A program made the translations under genes and the position numbers. Positions 28,746-41,374 of a stretch of 64,000 bases of DNA are shown here, piece by piece (position 1 is the stretch's first letter; every line of letters starts with the position of its first letter). The DNA is taken from assembly GCA_964016885.1 (NCBI GenBank), contig OZ024741.1:230206001-230270000 (forward strand), in the 5' to 3' direction. The notes beneath the pieces are model-generated. The model saw only the letters and a program-made list of their open reading frames with translations, did no database searches and was not told where the DNA came from. The DNA is from Eledone cirrhosa. Lineage: Eukaryota.

Positions 28746-30199
28746 TTGTTATTGCTTATTTAAAACAATTATATTTATAGTTATTATTCAGCTATTTTCT
28801 GAACTATATCTCCTCTATTTAGTGTGGAGGAACATTTGCCTGTGTAAATACAGTCGTAAAGGAATTGTTTAAAATATATTAAGAGACGAAAAAGAAGGGA
28901 GAAAAAAGGGAAAGCGACAAAATAAGACAGTGCACACACGCACACACACAAATATAATCACATAGATATACACACACTCACGCATAAACACACATTGCAA
29001 CACACACAGACACACATTCTCTTTCACGCAAGGTAAGTGATACTTTATTAAATTTCTTGTTGATGAGGTTGATGAGATTAATGAGGATGGTATGTTGAGG
29101 TTCTTGCCGTGTTAACTCTTTAATTGTCCTGTAAAGCTACATTATCTAATGTGCCATTTAAAAATAGACAGTAGCGTGTAATTAGAAGGAAGTTTGCTAC
29201 TATTTCTAACATGGCATTAGCTCCTCGTGATTGCTGGTGGTGGTAGTAGTGTTCAGACCTAGGACAGTTTGGATCCAGCAAAACTATTAACAAGGATGGA
29301 CCAAACGTTGCCCATCCCGTTTTTAAATTTCCAGACTTGATAGTTTAGACTAACGTCCTAAAACTGCCCTGGGTTATAATTACAGACCTGCTTATTTTAA
29401 AATGTTCATATTTATATTAAAGCCTTTCATCATGATTTTATTGAAGACACTTTTGTAAAGTAATATTTCAGAATCTAGCTAACTAAGGAAATGTTAGTTA
29501 TCTTCAATGTTTTTTTTAATCAGCTGATACCATACGCAGTGTATTTCATTAGAAATGCAGTAACAAAAGTCTTAATGCATCATTATCTAAAGCGTTCCTC
29601 TTTATTTAAAACTCTAAGATATGATTTGAGAAAGATTTAGCTGCTATTTCTCACTAGCAGTTCTCACTGCTAGTTCTTTCGTTAGTGCTGTTATTGTTGA
29701 TGCTCAGTTCTAGAGACAAACTAAATTGATGAAAGACCCTCCAGGCGTCAATGTCATGTCATTTGCCTCATAAATAGAGTTAATAGAAGTGTATGTCTTT
29801 CTCTTTTTAAGATGCTAGGCGATAATTTCTAGCAGCACCAACGCTATTGTAAGGTTCAGTAGTATTGTTGTTGATGGTGTTATTGTTGTGTTGTGGTTAA
29901 TTGCCAACCATGACCATCCTCTAATTTTTTAGGCAACCCATTTGGTTTACTTACATAGGTAAACAAAAATCAACTTTCTTTTTCCCACAGATGACAGGCT
30001 TTGTGCCAAATTTAGAAAGGATTATGATATAAACGTATGTTATATATAATCGAATTTCATTTTTAATCGTTATAATAGAAGTAGGATAAAGGAAAAATAT
30101 CCCTTAATTCCTTGTTGAGTCGTAGAGGCACTGTCATACGGCGTGTCAAGGGCACCTTTAAACCTAGCGGAGCCCAATCCTCTCCAGGTCTGAACACAG

Positions 30200-30356
30200 C
30201 TGATGTTTTCTATCGAAGAAGAATAGACCCCAGTACAAAAGGATGAAAGGCAAAGTTGACCACGGTGGGGTTTGAACTCAGAGTGCTCAATGAGGTGGAA
30301 CGAATACCGTAAAGCATTCTATCTGACGTCGTAACGACTCTGTCAATTCGCCGCCT
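30200..30356 (-). mobile_element. Diverged SINE
   Basis: ggatgaaaggcaaagttgaccacggtggggtttgaactcag. Confidence 0.75.
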
Positions 30357-31199
30357 ATATTAAAGAAGTAAAATAGTAAAAACAAAAAAAACAAAAATAA
30401 AGAACTTCAACTGAAGGAACTTCACTTGAAAACGATCGGATTATTTTTATGAATGAAACGTTTAAGAAGCTACAGATAGATAATCTGTTTTGACGTGCAA
30501 ATAACTCGAAGTTTTCAAGCCCATATAATGTGATATTTATTGCCGGACTTTGGCATGATGTGATTTATTAATAACAATGAATTGTACAATTATTTCTCTT
30601 CCATGGCAATATTCCTGGATTTCGATCTAGCATTGAATCTTACTCAGCATTTCTTTAATGTGTCTCTAATCGATCGCTCAACTTACTAGACGTAGTTGCC
30701 AATCATCCTTAAAAACACACACCCAACGTCTTAAAGGCAAGGGTACGATATATGATATATACTCCTGGGTACCCTGCGGGTATAAAAATGACTGGGGGAT
30801 CATAGGAAGAATGTTTGTGATTATAGGTTAGCTTAATCAAATTTACTGGGGCTTAACCACAGCTGCAGTACAGATCCATGAACCAATAGAGGAACCTTTA
30901 AGCATTTGTTTGACCTATTAGAAAGAGAAATCAAACTTCTCTCTATACCACATTCTACATTATTTTATCGATATCGGAAGAGTGGAAGCAAAGTTTATTT
31001 CGGCGATAATGTAAAGAAACAGAAAATATACCGTGATGGTATATCATCAGACACTGCCATTTCTACCAATTCATCACCCTTTTTTTATATTTTAATTTTT
31101 GAAGCAAGTGCAGAAATTTTAGTGCAGAATTTTTGAAGCAAGTGCAGAAATTCAAGCCTAAATTCCATATAATGCTTGTTATTAATAGAAAGTGTTAAA

Positions 31200-31420
31200 G
31201 AGCCATGGATTAGCAGAAGTGATACAAGCTCGAATAAAATGTCATTACGGCATTTGTACCGTCTATTTACGTTCAGAATTCAAATCCCAACGCGATCCAG
31301 TTTGATTTTCAATCTTCGAGAGCCGCTAAAGTAAAGTAATACTTATGATCTTGGGTCAATTTCATCGACGTACCTGCCTCACAAATTGCTGGCCTTGTGT
31401 CTAAATTAGAAACCATTAAT
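31200..31420 (+). mobile_element. Diverged SINE, plus orientation
   Basis: B box aattcaaatccc and 3' aattgctggccttgtgtctaaattagaaac. Confidence 0.7.
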
Positions 31421-31642
31421 ATTGACTGTCTATTTCGTAGTTTTCTCAAGGCTACCAGATTTTTAATAGCCTGCCAGTGCATAGAGTCTTTCACGATATA
31501 TCATTTTAACTATGTAACAGATAACAGGTAGATATAATAAACACCAATACAAACGAGGTGGGAGAAGAAATATTAATGGAGATTTTGCTCATGAACAGGT
31601 AGGGCTAGAAAATATCACGCACACACACACACACAGACAGAG

Positions 31643-31703
<61 letters not shown>

Positions 31704-32104
31704 CATATATATATATAAAATATCATAAATATATATCTTAGATGAAGTTAATGAAGGCCTTACTGCAGTTGTATTTACCATTGTAAGCAGGGTTTAAAAC
31801 CTATGAACAAATGTAAATACGTTTTCACACCATACGACATCTTACCCTTCCGCTCAATAACATATAGCATGCCGCTCGTTACATAAACCAGAACAATAAT
31901 AAAGTGGCTAACCTAAATTTGTATAACGTGATTTCACCTGAGATGAGTTTAATTGAAAATAAATATTTACGAAAAACGCTGCTTATATTACAAAATATGA
32001 GATAAATTTAATGGAGACATGATTAAGGTTTTAAGAAATTATAAGCCTGGCTGTGAAGAGGTAAACATATGTAAATACATTTTTGTCATTCTCTTTGTTC
32101 ACAG

Positions 32105-32206
32105 AAAAATAGACTATTGTATTTACATATTTTACAGCTTGCTGGCTGTTCATCAGAAGAATATTGATATAATTAATTAATCATACACTTTCATCTCCAT
32201 TACAAG
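32105..32206 (+). other. Candidate non-coding exon
   Basis: Pyrimidine tract ending TTCACAG| (alternative TTTTACAG| at 32137) and consensus donor CAAG|GTAAGT, in unique sequence. Confidence 0.35.
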
Positions 32207-32248
32207 GTAAGTATCCTCAAATTCTCTTTTCTTCTCCCCCCCCCCTCA

Positions 32249-32296
<48 letters not shown>

Positions 32297-32318
32297 GTAT
32301 ATAATTTTTGTTTCACTT

Positions 32319-32349
<31 letters not shown>

Positions 32350-32522
32350 AAATTTGTTTCAATAATCATCGTTGGTTGAATCGAGCTATCGACCAACTCT
32401 GGTGTAATAAAGCGCAAGCACTCAATGTCGTGGAGATCATAGGTTATTATATATAAGTTATCAGACGATTTATAAATACTAAAAAGAGGAACGGTTTCAC
32501 ATATCCAACTTCAGATTGGTTG

Positions 32523-32975
32523 CAGGGCCGGATTTACTTCTTGGGTGGGGGGCGTTGGGCACTTTCGGTTTAGGGTTCATGCACAACATATTAGAATACA
32601 CAGCAAACCCCCAAATTTACATATCAAAGTCGGCTTGACGCAAGTATTTGAAGAAGTTATTCATACGGGTGTTAACTTTTTTTAAAAATTGATGACTCCA
32701 TGTAAACGACATCAAATAATTTTTATTAGAATATTATTCTTATAACAATCTCCAGTCTCTAAAGTTGAGAATATTTGAGGAATTGTGGTCACAGAAAGGA
32801 CATTAAATACTTTTTGTTAAAAATATAGTTCTTGTCAAAATAAATCTAAAAGTCGTCCAGCATAGGACACAAATAAATTGCTACAGCCGTCGTTGCCCTC
32901 CCCCCCCCCCACACACACACTATGGGAGGGCCGGAGCAATTTCCCTCTTTGCTTTCCCCATTAGATCCGGCTCTG
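32523..32975. mobile_element. MITE, hAT-like termini
   Basis: TIRs CAGGGCCGGATTTA and TAGATCCGGCTCTG match at 12/14. TSD not clear. Confidence 0.6.
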
Positions 32976-33369
32976 GAGGGGGGGGGGGGGTTGCACTAGT
33001 CCAACCTTTATTATATTCGTAATGAATCACTGTACCATCAAGAACACCAGAAAGTACATTTCAACAAACACCTGCAATAATAAGGATACACTCTGGTTCA
33101 TTCAAGGGTAAGTTTGTGTTTAAATTTCATATTTAGACCGTCCGCCGTTGGCCAAACGTGTCATCATTCATTTCCGTAAGTGATCAGGCAAGCGCTATAG
33201 AGGTCATATATATTTTCTATCGCTTTTGGAGCCCGTTCCAATTTTTTTTTTCTCTTCGGACTTCTAAAAAATTCAAAATGGCTAGCTTAAAGTTTGAGAA
33301 GAATGTGCCAGTCATAGATATTACTCTGACGTTTTTAATAAGGTTGGGGGAGGGGGGTCACATCTTGGA

Positions 33370-34716
33370 GATGTTTTTAAGACATGTTCCCGTGGTACTC
33401 CTTCCCATGCACAGATCCTATGTGACACATAACTCACTCATGGCTGCTGAAAAACAAAATGTCTTCTGACAAACGTATCCAGGAGGGTGATCCATTCCAT
33501 CCTCTTTGAGCTGATTGTCAATGACATTGCTAGCTCAGTCATCTCATCCTTCAATGTATAGTACGTACCTTGACGACGTGATCCTTTGTGGCTCTGTTGA
33601 TCCTGTTGTTGAGGACCTTCCGCAAGTCATCCCAGCCCGAAAGCTCTTAGGAATTCAGACCAACCCGTCCACGTCCTAAGTCGTAAATGTAAGCTGCAGC
33701 GAAGCTGAGTTCCACAATATCCAGCCGGTCCTAACCGGGGTTAGACTAACGCCGAAAGACGCTGTCTACATTCTCGGCTTTCTATTCCTCCCGATATTAC
33801 ACTAGAGTGCCTGAAACCAATTATATAGACCCGACGAGAATGATGGAGGGATTATGCCACATTGAGGCACATTCGGTGCTCCTCCTCACGAGGAACTGCT
33901 TCGTTCTCACCGATTCACTTCAGACCTATCACTCACGGCCTATCTCAACTCAATTTCCTCCAGCCTCACCCCTACCAACAAGGAACCTGACTTGGTCCGG
34001 AAACGGGAGTTAGCTCTGGCTGATTGCGCCCCATCCGCCAAACCTAGTAACTTGGATTCCTTGGACCAATACCTTCTCGTCTCGAATGCCTCCACACTGC
34101 CTAGCAAACAAACAATGGCATGTGGATAAATTCGTTGCATACCTCATCAACTGGTACCCTCCTTGATGATGAGTGCACTCATATTGGAGTGACCCGTATG
34201 TGACCAACATGAATGACATGGTAGAGCGTTGTTAACGGGTTCATCCTTTTTTCCTTATTATGCCGACTTAACACAGGCTAGTTCCTCGGACACGCCTCTC
34301 TGAACAACACCATCAAGAGGAGCCTCAACGCAGTCTGTTCCAGTTACAACTGGAGCCAGCTAATCTCGGACATGGAGATAGTAAGTGCTCCTGCGAAATG
34401 AACCTCTTCCTCTTAGAGCGAGGTAAATCTCTAATCTGGGATGCAATGTGTTGTGCTTCGTTCACTGCATCCAACCTTGTTGATATGGACGCAAACACGC
34501 GCATCGTCGACCGCAATGCAAAGGAGAGGAAGATAAAAAAATACCGGGGTTTCAGTGACCACTTCATTTTCATATCGGTCATCGTCGAGACTACTGGTGT
34601 CCTTGGTTTCCGTATGGTGATTTTCTCCTAAAAATCAGAAAGACAGCAGCCCGACAGGAGAAGGTGCTACGTGTGTCTGCCGGGGTGGGTGTGACGGGTC
34701 ATTTTCTGCGGGAATG
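33370..34716 (+). mobile_element. Decayed CRE-clade non-LTR retrotransposon (RT plus restriction-like endonuclease)
   Basis: IQEGDP and YLDDVILCG, then HASLNNTIKRSL..LEP..GD..GKSLIWDA and FIFISVIVETTGVLG, ending ...GN directly at (TTC)n. Confidence 0.75.
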
Positions 34717-34802
34717 TCTTCTTCTTCTTCTTCTTCTTCTTCTTCTTCTTCTTCTTCTTCTTCTTCTTCTTCTTCTTCTTCTTCTTCTTCTTCTTCTTCT
34801 TC
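34717..34802. repeat. (TTC)n microsatellite
   Basis: Direct. Confidence 0.95.
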
Positions 34803-34940
34803 GTGACATACGTCTTGGGCATTTTAAACCTGATGGAGACGATCCCCTCGCTATTTCTGAACACACCGATTTCTTCCAGGAACGGTCGGTGAGTGAGTGA
34901 GAGAGAGAGAGAGGGGATATAGAGAGAGAGATAGGGGGGT

Positions 34941-34981
<41 letters not shown>

Positions 34982-34984
34982 GTA

Positions 34985-35031
<47 letters not shown>

Positions 35032-35044
35032 GAGATATAGAGGA

Positions 35045-35200
35045 AGAATTGACACCAGTACGTAACGTCCTCTTTTATTAACCGCGAAAGGATGAAAACC
35101 AATATTGACCACAGCGGGTTTGAAATCAGAGTGGAGAAACTCGGAATGAATACCGCAAGTCATTCGATCTGACATTTTAACGAGTCAGCCAATTTGCGAT
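35045..35200 (-). mobile_element. Diverged SINE
   Basis: aaaggatgaaa...tgaccacagcgggtttgaaatcag. Confidence 0.7.
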
Positions 35201-35716
35201 GGAATAAAGAGAATAAAGCGTACCGGGGATTTGGGAAGGAACAGAGTCGTGGTGGTGGCTAAAGGTTATACAATACAATTGCAATGACTGCTCATTTACG
35301 TGAATTGAATGACAAATTACAACGAAACGTCTTATTAGTAATCAGTCGTGTATATGCATTTACAAATTTAAACACGCAACAGCCACACACACATAAACAT
35401 ACTCAAATACTCAATGTTTACACTAGTACACACGTGTGTAGCATATACCTACACATATATGTAGACAGGCTTTCATATATACACGTATAACTACATCCAT
35501 GCGTTGACGGACATATATATATTTCAGGCACACACCGCATTCATAAAGACATATATATACAATTGCCAGGAATTACTAATACTCCCGCACATACATATAT
35601 AATAAATACACACATACAACCATACATACACATATACAATAACGCACACATACACACAAACACTTACACATATACTACACACACACGCACACACACATAC
35701 AAACACGCACACATTT

Positions 35717-35753
<37 letters not shown>

Positions 35754-35886
35754 CAAACTTAGGTTAAATTCACATTTTTATCTCTCGAATATGCACGATT
35801 TTTATGTAGATAAAACATTTTAAAACGAAATTACTACACTGTATATATATATAAATACCCCCCCCCCCCCCCCACCCACACACATG

Positions 35887-35936
<50 letters not shown>

Positions 35937-35938
35937 AT

Positions 35939-36054
35939 TTTTAATATAGATGAGATTCTACAGGACTAGAACTGTTTCATTCTTTAGAAATCATCCTGAT
36001 GATTTCTAAAGAATGAAACAGTTCTAGTCCTGTAGAATCTCATCTATATTAAAA
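35939..36054. repeat. Perfect 57-bp palindrome with a 2-nt spacer
   Basis: 35939-35995 is the exact reverse complement of 35998-36054. Confidence 0.95.
35996..36040 (+). ncRNA. Type I hammerhead ribozyme motif (Penelope-like)
   Basis: CTGATGA-tTTCtaaaGAAt-GAAA-CAGttctagtcCTG-TA. The 5' strand of stem I is replaced by the inversion. Confidence 0.65.
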
Positions 36055-36252
36055 CTTTTATACTCTGCAATGTTTTGAGTACCTTACTTACTGTGGTTAC
36101 CTCCGATTCAACCCGGAATAACGTATATATATATATATATATATATACATAATTACATACATACAGGCACACACACACACCTTGAATGTGCATATATAAG
36201 AAGGAAAAAGTGAGTGCAGAAGAGAGAAAGAGAGATAGAGAGGGAGAGAGAA

Positions 36253-36314
<62 letters not shown>

Positions 36315-36670
36315 GAACGTCCGCCTCAGCATTCTTGTCACAGTATGTCGTAAGAAGACGAATTGAAGTCGCGGAGTTGTTGCGGATAGAAACCTGGAGG
36401 ACACAAATACTAGAAGTTAAATTCTAATCACGTCCGTAGGCATATTGTGAGCTTAAATCGATAGTCCATTCCACCTATTCGGGTCACGGCAACTGACTTC
36501 TGACCACGGGTTGTCGGCTGGGAAAACATCATCGCATAAGATAACCCAAACAAAAACACAAAAAACATCAACAAAATTGTCAAAGAATCTATCTATAAGT
36601 CTGCCTGTCTGTATGTATATTTACCTATCCAACCTATTCTTTCTGTGTGTGTGTGTCTCTCTCTCTCTCA

Positions 36671-36705
<35 letters not shown>

Positions 36706-36707
36706 TA

Positions 36708-37797
36708 CTAGCAGAGGTACCCGGCGTTGCTCGGATATTAAATAGCAATTGTGTATACCATTTATGTCAATACTTCAGTGGTGCTTCGAAAACTATACTT
36801 TTACAAAATCATCGGCTTTTTCCAAAAGGGGGTTCCTGCACCCAGGGGTCCCCTACCAAATATGTGCCAATTCTGAGAGTTCACATTCATCTGTAGGACA
36901 AACGTAGCCCATGTGTCAAGTTTTGTGAAAATCGGTTGCGAACTCCAGAAGTTATGACGTTTTGTTGCATTGCACGGCAGTGCTTCAGTCGACTCCAAGG
37001 AAATGGTTAAAGTGATTAAAGGGATTATCTTGGGGTGGGTGGGGGTTGGGGGCTCTATAATCAATATCTGGAAAAATGACAGTGCCCATGGCCATCCGGA
37101 GTACATAAGTAACCTATGTCTTAAGTTTGGTGAAAATACTGTAGGAATGCATAAGGTTTATATATACGCCCGTGCGTTCGTGTGTGTGCGTGTGTTTGTG
37201 TGTGTGGGTGTGTACGTATTTGTGTGTGCGTATGTATGTGTATGTCCGTCGGGGTATACGTATGTACTGGCCTAAATCTTCACTATTTACTTTTACTATT
37301 TTAATAACCTCTGTCATTTTCGTTTTCAATTTTATTTATATAATTCTTAAACTCCGGGGCAGGAAATCATTCTGTTATTTTAAATAGAATATTAGTCTAA
37401 CGACTCCACTTATACCATAAACTTGTCTTGTCTGTGCATGAAATTGTTCTTCACGCTCCACATAACGACGTATTATCCTCGTTTTTTTCTCGTTCATTGC
37501 CGGGGAACGTCTTCACGAACCAAAATATCGTCTTCCTGTTTTCGTTCGGTAAAACGTTTCTCGAAATAATTACTTCTGCGTTCACAGATTACTCTGTTCA
37601 ATTTGAATGGAAAATTCCTGTTTCATCGATTTTCTCCCTAACCATGGAAGATTGTAGCTTGAAAGTCGACGCAACGCCTCCTTGGCTCATTCTGCATAAC
37701 TGTGTAAATTTTCGCTGCATTCCACCAAGCCGTTTCGAAGTTTATCCGACTACACCTACATATACAACGTCCGACCACTTCCAATTTATATAGTAGA
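36708..37797 (-). mobile_element. Non-autonomous Helitron
   Basis: Minus strand begins A|TCTACTATATAAA and ends CCGAGCAACGCCGGGTACCTCTGCTAG|T. Confidence 0.75.
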
Positions 37798-37906
37798 TTT
37801 GTTTATATATGAATGACAAAAAGAAAAGTACAAAACTATACATGAATTGTTTCTACTAAACCTTCAATTTAAGACACAACCTACATATTTGATAGGACTC
37901 CAGCTC

Positions 37907-37907
<1 letters not shown>

Positions 37908-37937
<30 letters not shown>

Positions 37938-38112
37938 CTTCTTCTTCTTCTTCTTCTTCTTCTTCTTCTTCTTCTTCTTCTTCTCCCCCTGGAACATTGG
38001 GCTGCGAGCCACCCCCACACAACGTCATGTTCTGAGTCTACTTTTCAACTCCACCGTGATGCACGGTGCGTCATGGTGTATCTAACCATTTTTTTTAGGT
38101 CTTACCACGGCT
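37908..38112 (-). mobile_element. LINE (RTE-like) 3' stub with (AGA)n tail
   Basis: Minus strand GRPKK.W-like remnant running into (AGA)n. Confidence 0.45.
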
Positions 38113-38722
38113 GATTTCTTCCAGAGAGAAAGAAAGAGATAGAAAAATGCAGAGAAGATTCATCCCCGGGGGAATAATAAAAAGTGTTTACACTGCATAT
38201 TTCATTTTTTCAAAGCTAAAGCTGCCGAACCAAAATCAGTAATTCAACTCCCTGAAAACTTTCAAATATATGCTCTTCTAGCATGAATATTATGTTAAGG
38301 ATAAGCTGTCCACAAAGTAAGATTTACTTGCATATCCCCCGCTCATATAAACACATAAATACATGCATACATATATTACAGTTAATATTTTTTTTTATTA
38401 AAGCGTTTTCATATTATATATATATATATATATAGTGACGAAACATAAGTCAATTGCATGAACTGATAATCCTTTATTTACTGCTTTATTTGTATGAAAT
38501 TGTAAATAAGACAAAAGTATTAGAACAGGGGGAAATAACTCACCGAACGCGATAGTTTTGGGGCTCCAGGGACCACATTTTTCAAGTTAGAGATTTGTAC
38601 CGTCGTCTATTTGCTTGCTTGGCACTTTTTACATAGGTGTTTAAATTTTCATGTCAGTCCGACCAAGTCTACTACCATTTAACCTTGAACATCTGAATTT
38701 AAACCACCACCCATTTCACAAA

Positions 38723-38815
<93 letters not shown>

Positions 38816-38906
38816 TATATATAACAAAGGAATTGTCGTAAGGAACCAGATGGACCATAACGCACCAGAGTACTCGAAACTTAGGATAGTAGAGTGGGAA
38901 ATAGGA

Positions 38907-39010
38907 AAAAGTATGACCCCGACGTCAGAGCTCAAGCCGTTTCGACGGCTATTTCTGGACTGAAATAGCCATCGAAACGGCTTGAGCTCTACCGTCGGGA
39001 TCATACTTTT
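38907..39010. repeat. 49-bp inverted repeat of a hammerhead-like sequence
   Basis: Arms 38907-38955 and 38962-39010 match at 45/49. The right arm has GAAA-CGG..CCG-TC. Confidence 0.85.
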
Positions 39011-39013
39011 CCC

Positions 39014-39081
<68 letters not shown>

Positions 39082-39179
39082 TATGACCTCAGCCGGATGG
39101 CTGGATCAGGTAAAAGAGGGTAAAAGAGGATATATATATATATATATAGAAGTGGTTACACAACAGTTAGTTCACCATA

Positions 39180-39220
39180 CTGAGAACAATTGTTTCACCT
39201 TAGCGGATCTTCAGCTGAGG
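39180..39220 (-). ncRNA. Minimal hammerhead motif
   Basis: AG-CTGAAGA-tCCgctaaGGt-GAAA-CAATTG-TT-CT, with palindromic stem III ACAATTGT. Homolog at 51028-51070. Confidence 0.55.
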
Positions 39221-39260
39221 ACATTAACGAGGCAGGGTGAGATCGCATCTGTATATATAT

Positions 39261-39806
39261 ATATAAGTATGTACACGTACATACATATATGTATACAGAC
39301 GTACAGTAGTATGTATATATATATACATACATGCACACATATATATATGTACGTATGGATTCACCGAACATTTATTATAATGCTCGGTGTGTTTGTAAAC
39401 AAACATCCCGTATTAAGCCGTAGTGTCCAGCAACCATCGTTGCTCGTTTGTTCAACACTGACAAAGGAACGCTGTACTAGTTTCAAGCTTATTAGCTATC
39501 GTCAGCAACGTATACCTTCCTGCCAGATTGTTGAACGTATATACTTACCTTATGCATATTAACGGCTGAGTAGCCCAATTTGCATATCGAGTGGGTTAAT
39601 CGGCCGGGTGCACCGAAAACGATAAACGGAAAAAATGAAACGAAATTTCATTTCCCACTCTTAGTACGGCTGTTACTTAAATATAAGTATGTACACGTAC
39701 ATACATATATGTATACAGACGTACAGTAGTATGTATATATATATATATACATGCACACATATATATATATGTACGTATGGATTCACCGAACATTTATTAT
39801 AATGCT
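39261..39806. repeat. ~125-bp direct repeats flanking ~295 bp
   Basis: 39261-39384 is nearly identical to 39681-39806. Confidence 0.85.
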
Positions 39807-40226
39807 TTATATATATATTATATATATATATAATAAAAATAGATACAAAATATCCTTTACACGTTTACCTGTTTGTTTGTCAGCTTCTTGATATGAAATA
39901 ATGTGCTGAAATCAATAGAGTGATATTTGGGGATTGTCGATTTTATCGCCAATAAAAAAAATCAGCCGCACCATATGATTTTTTTCAATTTTCCACTTTA
40001 TTTTTATTGCTCATTACTGGATAGTTCATTCTTCCGTCACACATTCTGTGACCTCCTCAATGACTACATGTTCTCTTCTATGCTCCCGTTTCTTTCTCGT
40101 CTTAATCTATTATTCCATCATTTTTTCAATGACCAGAGGGAATTGGAGGCACAAAAGGGAACAGATAGTCATTGATGAGGTCAGAGTATATATATATATG
40201 AGTATATTTCTGAGTGTGTGTGTGTA

Positions 40227-40284
<58 letters not shown>

Positions 40285-40287
<3 letters not shown>

Positions 40288-41306
40288 CCAGAATTACCCG
40301 GCGTTGCCCGGGGTTTGAAATTATGCTAAGAATATACAGCTAGGAAGTAAAAGAAGAAAATTATTTGTCCCCAACCAGTCAAAATGAGCAGAAGTCTTCA
40401 ATATATAATGCAAACGAATATTTAGTGCAATCTTTGTATACATAAAACTATGCTGATAATGAAGGAAAACACTGAACAGGATGTAGTTATACAAATGATT
40501 AAAGACAATACAAGTTGAATATCTGTAAAAAAAAAACAGGCAGTTTTGCTAAAGTACAAAAAGTTGTAATGAAAGCAGAGTTGTATACAAACAAAAAAAC
40601 AATGAGAGTAGAATAAGAGAAAATCTATTCTTTGAGAGCATCCTTTGCTGTGTATGGTTATATTTTGAACTTATAATCCAAAATATCCTGCATGACATAT
40701 TCTTGGTGTTTTGTAATGAGTAAGGTGAAGTCAAGGCAGAGCTGTAATAAGTGTTTTTGTTAACACTAAAGCACTTCAGGATAGACGATATTCTTTGTTT
40801 TCCTTTCCGGAACAAACGCAAAGAGATTATTTCTATTGCCAACTCGTGAGCAGGCAACGTAGAATTGTCCGTGCGAAAGCAAGGTTGATCCAAGTGAATT
40901 CCAGCGACGGACAGATTTGACCTTGCGACTTGTTTATGAACATCGCAAAGGCAACACGAAGGCAGGCTAATTTTTGTTATTATCACATCATCGCCTTTTC
41001 CACATCCGGATAGGGCAAATTAACCTTACCCTTTTGCAATTGAAAACGAAGGTCTCCATATCTCCCCTCTATCACTCTCTTTATAAGGATTGTCAATAAA
41101 GCTGGTTATCGCCCTTACATCAATTTTGCTACCGATAATTTTGCTATCGATTTTTTATTGCTCAACCTTCGTTGATTTGAATAGTTTTTGTGATGCGACC
41201 ATATTATCGACCTGTGCAACGTGCACCGAAAATTTGGTCAAATTCGGTTGGTAATTGTAAAAGCGTTAGGTATCCAAAGTTGTACACAGACACACACACA
41301 TCCTCG

Positions 41307-41312
<6 letters not shown>
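40285..41312 (-). mobile_element. Helitron derivative with RepHel helicase remnant
   Basis: 3' hairpin CCCGGGCAACGCCGGG then GTAG|T. ~40825-40965 translates with frameshifts to LRVAFAMFINKSQGQ..VAGIHLDQPCF-HGQFYVACSRVG, the PIF1 motifs V-VI. Confidence 0.8.

Positions 41313-41371
<59 letters not shown>

Positions 41372-41374
<3 letters not shown>

Noticed and set aside
28322-28780. 152-aa ORF with poly-I/V/L
   Set aside because: It is read through a trinucleotide microsatellite.
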